From Actinomycetes bacterium (GTDB taxonomy: Bacteria > Actinomycetota > Actinomycetes > JACCUZ01), in NCBI GenBank assembly GCA_036380775.1, contig DASVED010000313.1:1-34836 (forward strand): 34,836 nucleotides of DNA, given 5' to 3'. Shown piece by piece: positions 31,554 to 34,836 of the stretch. The position numbers and the translations under genes were made by a program. The notes under the pieces are model-generated. The model was not told the origin of the DNA, searched no databases, and was given only the letters and a program-made list of their open reading frames with translations. Position 1 is the first letter of the stretch; every line of letters begins with the position of its first letter.

Positions 31554-32156
31554 TCAGCCGGTCAGGACGAGCTCTCGGATAGCCGGTGCGAGCGCCCGGA
31601 AGGCGTTGCCGCGATGGGAGATCGCGTGCTTCTCCTCCGGTGTCAACTCAGCGGTCGTGCGATCGAAGCCGTCCGGCAGGAAGATCGGGTCGTAGCCGAA
31701 GCCGCCGCTGCCGCGCGGCTCGCGGGTCAGCACGCCGGTGAGCCGCCCTTCGACCAGGTGCTCCTCCCCCGACGGCAGCGCAAGGGCTGCGGCGCAGACG
31801 AACCACGCGCCCCGCCGCTCGTCCGGCACGTCCATCAGCTGGTCGAGGACCAGACGCAGGTTCGACGCATCGTCACCGTGCCTGCCGGACCACCGTGCCG
31901 AGAAGACGCCCGGCATCCCGTTCAGCGCGTCGACGCACAACCCACTGTCGTCCGCGACCGCGGGCAGTCGTGTCGCCAGCGCCGCGGACCGAGCCTTCTT
32001 CAGCGCGTTGTCGTCGAAGGTCTCGCCGTCCTCCACGACCTCGGGCGCGTCGTCGGGAAGCCCGATCAGCTCCACGTCGAGACCCAACGACGTGAGGATC
32101 GCCTGCAGCTCGCCCACCTTGTGGGCGTTGCGGGTCGCGAGGACCAGCCGGGTCAT
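31554..32156 (-). CDS. rdgB: Non-canonical purine NTP pyrophosphatase (RdgB/HAM1)
   Basis: [17 protein letters not shown]...[22 protein letters not shown]...GFGYDPIF...[12 protein letters not shown]. The start overlaps the rph stop (ATGA). Confidence 0.9.
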   Translation of the reverse strand: MTRLVLATRNAHKVGELQAILTSLGLDVELIGLPDDAPEVVEDGETFDDNALKKARSAALATRLPAVADDSGLCVDALNGMPGVFSARWSGRHGDDASNLRLVLDQLMDVPDERRGAWFVCAAALALPSGEEHLVEGRLTGVLTREPRGSGGFGYDPIFLPDGFDRTTAELTPEEKHAISHRGNAFRALAPAIRELVLTG

Positions 32157-32872
32157 GACGACAGGGCAGCCTGCTGCTTCGCCGTCAGGTCGGCGCAGCC
32201 GGCAGTCGCCAGGTCGAGCATCTTGTCCAGCAGGGCGCGGTCGAACGGCATCGCCTCCGCGGTGCCCTGCACCTCGACGAACGCCGCGTCACCGGTCATC
32301 ACGACGTTCATGTCGGTCTCGGCGCGGACGTCCTCCTCGTAGCAGAGGTCCACCATCGGCTCGCCGTCCACGATCCCGACCGACACGGCGGCGACCGAGG
32401 AGACCAGCGGCTCCCCGGCCAGCGCGCCGCGCTCCCGGAGGAAGCCGACCGCGTCGACGAGCGCGACGTACGCCCCGGTGATCGCGGCCGTCCGGGTCCC
32501 GCCATCGGCCTGCAGGACGTCGCAGTCCAGGACGATCGTGTTCTCCCCGAGCGCCTTGTAGTCGATCGCCGCCCGCAGCGAGCGACCGATCAGCCGGGAG
32601 ATCTCGTGGGTCCTGCCGCCGATGCGGCCCTTGACCGACTCACGGTCGGACCGGGTGTTCGTCGACCGGGGCAGCATCGCGTACTCGGCCGTCACCCAGC
32701 CCAGACCGCTGCCCTTTCGCCACCGCGGCACGCCCTGAGTCACCGACGCGGCGCACAGGACGCGCGTCTTGCCGAACTCGACCAGCACCGATCCCTCGGC
32801 GTGGTCGAGCCAGCCGCGCGTGAACGTGACCGGACGGAGCTGGCCGGCCGTACGACCGTCGATACGAGACAT
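32153..32872 (-). CDS. rph: Ribonuclease PH
   Basis: [19 protein letters not shown]...[13 protein letters not shown]...[16 protein letters not shown]...[18 protein letters not shown]. Confidence 0.93.
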   Translation of the reverse strand: MSRIDGRTAGQLRPVTFTRGWLDHAEGSVLVEFGKTRVLCAASVTQGVPRWRKGSGLGWVTAEYAMLPRSTNTRSDRESVKGRIGGRTHEISRLIGRSLRAAIDYKALGENTIVLDCDVLQADGGTRTAAITGAYVALVDAVGFLRERGALAGEPLVSSVAAVSVGIVDGEPMVDLCYEEDVRAETDMNVVMTGDAAFVEVQGTAEAMPFDRALLDKMLDLATAGCADLTAKQQAALSS

Positions 32873-32896
32873 GCCGAGGACCCTAGATGCCGGGTC

Positions 32897-33664
32897 TCAC
32901 AGTTCGAACGTCGCACCCGGTCGGGCCAGCTCGACCGGTCCGCCGAACGCCGCCCGCCCCGCGGCGAGCGACACCTCGGGGTCGTTCCACGGTGGCAGGT
33001 GGGTCAGGACCAGTCGTCGTACGTCGGCCAGGCCGGCGTGCCGGGCCGCCTGGCCTGCCGTCAGGTGCAGGTCGGCCGGCGCGGCATCGTCCCGGCCGTC
33101 CTCGAACGACGACTCGAACAGCGCCAGGTCCGCCCCCCGGCTGATCTCGACGAGGGCGTCGCACGGTCCGGTGTCCCCGGAGTAGGCGACTGCCCGGCCG
33201 TCGTGCTCGACACGCATCGCCCAGGTCTCGATCGGGTGCGCGACCCGGGCAGCCGTCACGGTGAACGGGCCGACCTGGCGGGGCCCCTCGGACCACTCGA
33301 CGAAATCGAAACAGCCCGCCAGCCCGGGCTCGTCGGCCCGCCCGTAGGCCCGGGCCAGGTGGCCGGCCGCCCCGCCCGGGGCATAGACGGGAAGCCGGCC
33401 GTGGCGTCCCGAGGGGTCGTAGGTCCGGGCGACGTACAGCGACAGCAGGTCGATGCAGTGGTCGGGGTGCAGGTGGCTGACGAGCACCGCGTCGAGGTCC
33501 CGCAGGGAGAGGTAGCGCTGCAGCTGACCGAGGGACCCGCTGCCGAGATCGAGCACCAGGGCGAAGCCGTCGACCTCGACGAGGTAGCAGGAGGAGGCAC
33601 TCACCGGCCCCGGGAACGAGCCCGAGCAGCCGACCACGGTGACCCGCATCCCCGGACCGGTCAT
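32897..33664 (-). CDS. MBL-fold hydrolase of the murI-rph neighbourhood (Rv1339-like)
   Basis: [15 protein letters not shown]...[14 protein letters not shown] (HxHxDH). The start overlaps the murI stop (ATGA). Gene order matches mycobacterial murI-Rv1339-rphA-rdgB. Confidence 0.85.
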   Translation of the reverse strand: MTGPGMRVTVVGCSGSFPGPVSASSCYLVEVDGFALVLDLGSGSLGQLQRYLSLRDLDAVLVSHLHPDHCIDLLSLYVARTYDPSGRHGRLPVYAPGGAAGHLARAYGRADEPGLAGCFDFVEWSEGPRQVGPFTVTAARVAHPIETWAMRVEHDGRAVAYSGDTGPCDALVEISRGADLALFESSFEDGRDDAAPADLHLTAGQAARHAGLADVRRLVLTHLPPWNDPEVSLAAGRAAFGGPVELARPGATFEL

Positions 33665-34464
33665 GCGACGGCCTCGACACCCTCGGCGGTCGCGGCCTCG
33701 GGCCCGAGAAAGCGCCGGCTCAGCTCGCGGAAGGCGGTGGGGTCGCCGGTGGTGAGGAACCGGTGCTCGGGCTCAGGCAGACCCCCGGCGCGCTCCAGCC
33801 CGGCGGCGACCAGCGTGCGGTAGACCTCCTTCGCGGTCTCCTCGGCGCTCGAGACGAGCGTCACCCCGTCACCCATGACGTAGGAGACAACCGCGCTCAG
33901 CAGCGGGTAGTGGGTGCAGCCGAGGATCACGGTGTCGACGCCGGCGGCCGCCACCGGGTCGAGGTACTCGTGGGCCACCTTGATCAGCTCGTCGCCGCCG
34001 GTCACGCCCTGCTCGACGAACTCGACGAACCGGGGACAGGCTTGGGTCGTGACCTGGATGTGCGGGGCGGCGGCGAAGGCGTCCTCGTAGGCCCGGCTGG
34101 TCTTGGTGGCCAGCGTCGAGATCACCCCGACGTGCTCGTTGCGGGTGGCGGCAACTGCCCGACGTACCGCCGGCCGGATGACCTCGACGACCGGCACGGC
34201 GTAACGCTCACGTGCGTCATGCAGGACGGCGGCGCTCGCGCTGTTGCACGCGATCACCAGCATCTTCACGCCCTGGTCCACGAGATGGTCGAGGCACTCC
34301 AGGGCGAACGACCGGACCTCGGCGATGGGCCGGGGACCGTAGGGCTGCCGGGCCGTATCGCCGTAGTAGAGCACCGGCTCGTGCGGCAGCTGGTCGAGCA
34401 CGGCGCGCGCGACGGTCAGACCGCCGAAGCCGGAGTCGAAGATGCCGATCGGCGCGTCTGCCAC
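33661..34464 (-). CDS. murI: Glutamate racemase
   Basis: [18 protein letters not shown]...[10 protein letters not shown]...[10 protein letters not shown], with the two catalytic Cys motifs. GTG start at 34464. Confidence 0.93.
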   Translation of the reverse strand: MADAPIGIFDSGFGGLTVARAVLDQLPHEPVLYYGDTARQPYGPRPIAEVRSFALECLDHLVDQGVKMLVIACNSASAAVLHDARERYAVPVVEVIRPAVRRAVAATRNEHVGVISTLATKTSRAYEDAFAAAPHIQVTTQACPRFVEFVEQGVTGGDELIKVAHEYLDPVAAAGVDTVILGCTHYPLLSAVVSYVMGDGVTLVSSAEETAKEVYRTLVAAGLERAGGLPEPEHRFLTTGDPTAFRELSRRFLGPEAATAEGVEAVA

Positions 34465-34517
34465 GGGCCTGAGGGTACGACGTTCGGCTCTGAACCCGGC
34501 AGGGTAGGCCCTCAGGC

Positions 34518-34836
34518 ATGTTCCACATCACCATGAGCGCCTCGGCGGCCCAGCACGACAACTTCCGGACCGTGCTGGACACGAACCAGCACGCACAGGT
34601 GGTGGCGATGACCCTGCAGAACGGCGAGGACATCGGCGCCGAGGTGCACGACGAGAACGACCAGGTGCTGATCTTCACCGAGGGAACCGCCCGCGCCGAG
34701 GTGGGCGGCGCGACCCGAGACGTCGGTGCCGGCGACCTGGTGGTGGTGCCGGCCGGGACGCAGCACAACTTCACCAACATCGGCGACGGGCTCGTACGCC
34801 TGCTCACCGTCTATGCGCCGCCTGACCACGCAGCCG
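34518..34836 (+). CDS. Cupin-domain protein, N-terminal 106 codons (runs off the right edge)
   Basis: Not in the ORF track because there is no stop. ATG 34518: [64 protein letters not shown]...[18 protein letters not shown], a cupin G-x5-H-x-H...P-x-G-x2-H-like pattern with high third-position G/C. Confidence 0.7.
   Translation, partial: MFHITMSASAAQHDNFRTVLDTNQHAQVVAMTLQNGEDIGAEVHDENDQVLIFTEGTARAEVGGATRDVGAGDLVVVPAGTQHNFTNIGDGLVRLLTVYAPPDHAA

Overview
High-G+C (Actinomycetota-type) chromosomal segment. All family assignments come from my own reading of motifs in the translations; no database search was run. I support about 45 protein genes and four tRNAs: Arg-TCT, His-GTG, Lys-CTT and Leu-TAG. 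The flanks are conserved housekeeping. On the left: ettA, an ssb-like gene, a tandem pair of membrane-anchored dynamin-like GTPases and a polytopic membrane protein. On the right: orn, tRNA-His, rnj, aldose epimerase, cspA, nei, bcp, rdgB, rph, an Rv1339-like MBL and murI. Between them (about 8.4-20.3 kb) lies an accessory-looking reactive-sulfur block with two modules. Module 1 is a CsoR/CstR-type repressor with DUF302 and thioredoxin, divergent from an MBL-rhodanese fusion, a TauE exporter, an MMPL transporter and a small Cys-rich protein; the shared promoter carries twin ATACCC-N4-GGGTAT operators. Module 2 is a tightly coupled operon: HTH-PocR regulator, sulfide:quinone oxidoreductase, DUF1641, TusE/DsrC-like, DsrE-like, and a Cys/Met-family PLP enzyme. 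This block is my best candidate for an undescribed system, as a self-regulated persulfide generation/relay/export unit. Other points: an in-frame TAG splits one GTPase gene although coding signal runs through it; two long gene-poor spacers lie at 1.1-2.0 kb and 8.0-8.6 kb; a leaderless-looking non-specific nuclease abuts tRNA-His. The supplied ORF track is dominated by antisense shadow ORFs typical of high-GC DNA. It also omits two edge-truncated genes (ettA at the left edge, a cupin at the right edge). No CRISPR array, integrase or transposase was recognised.
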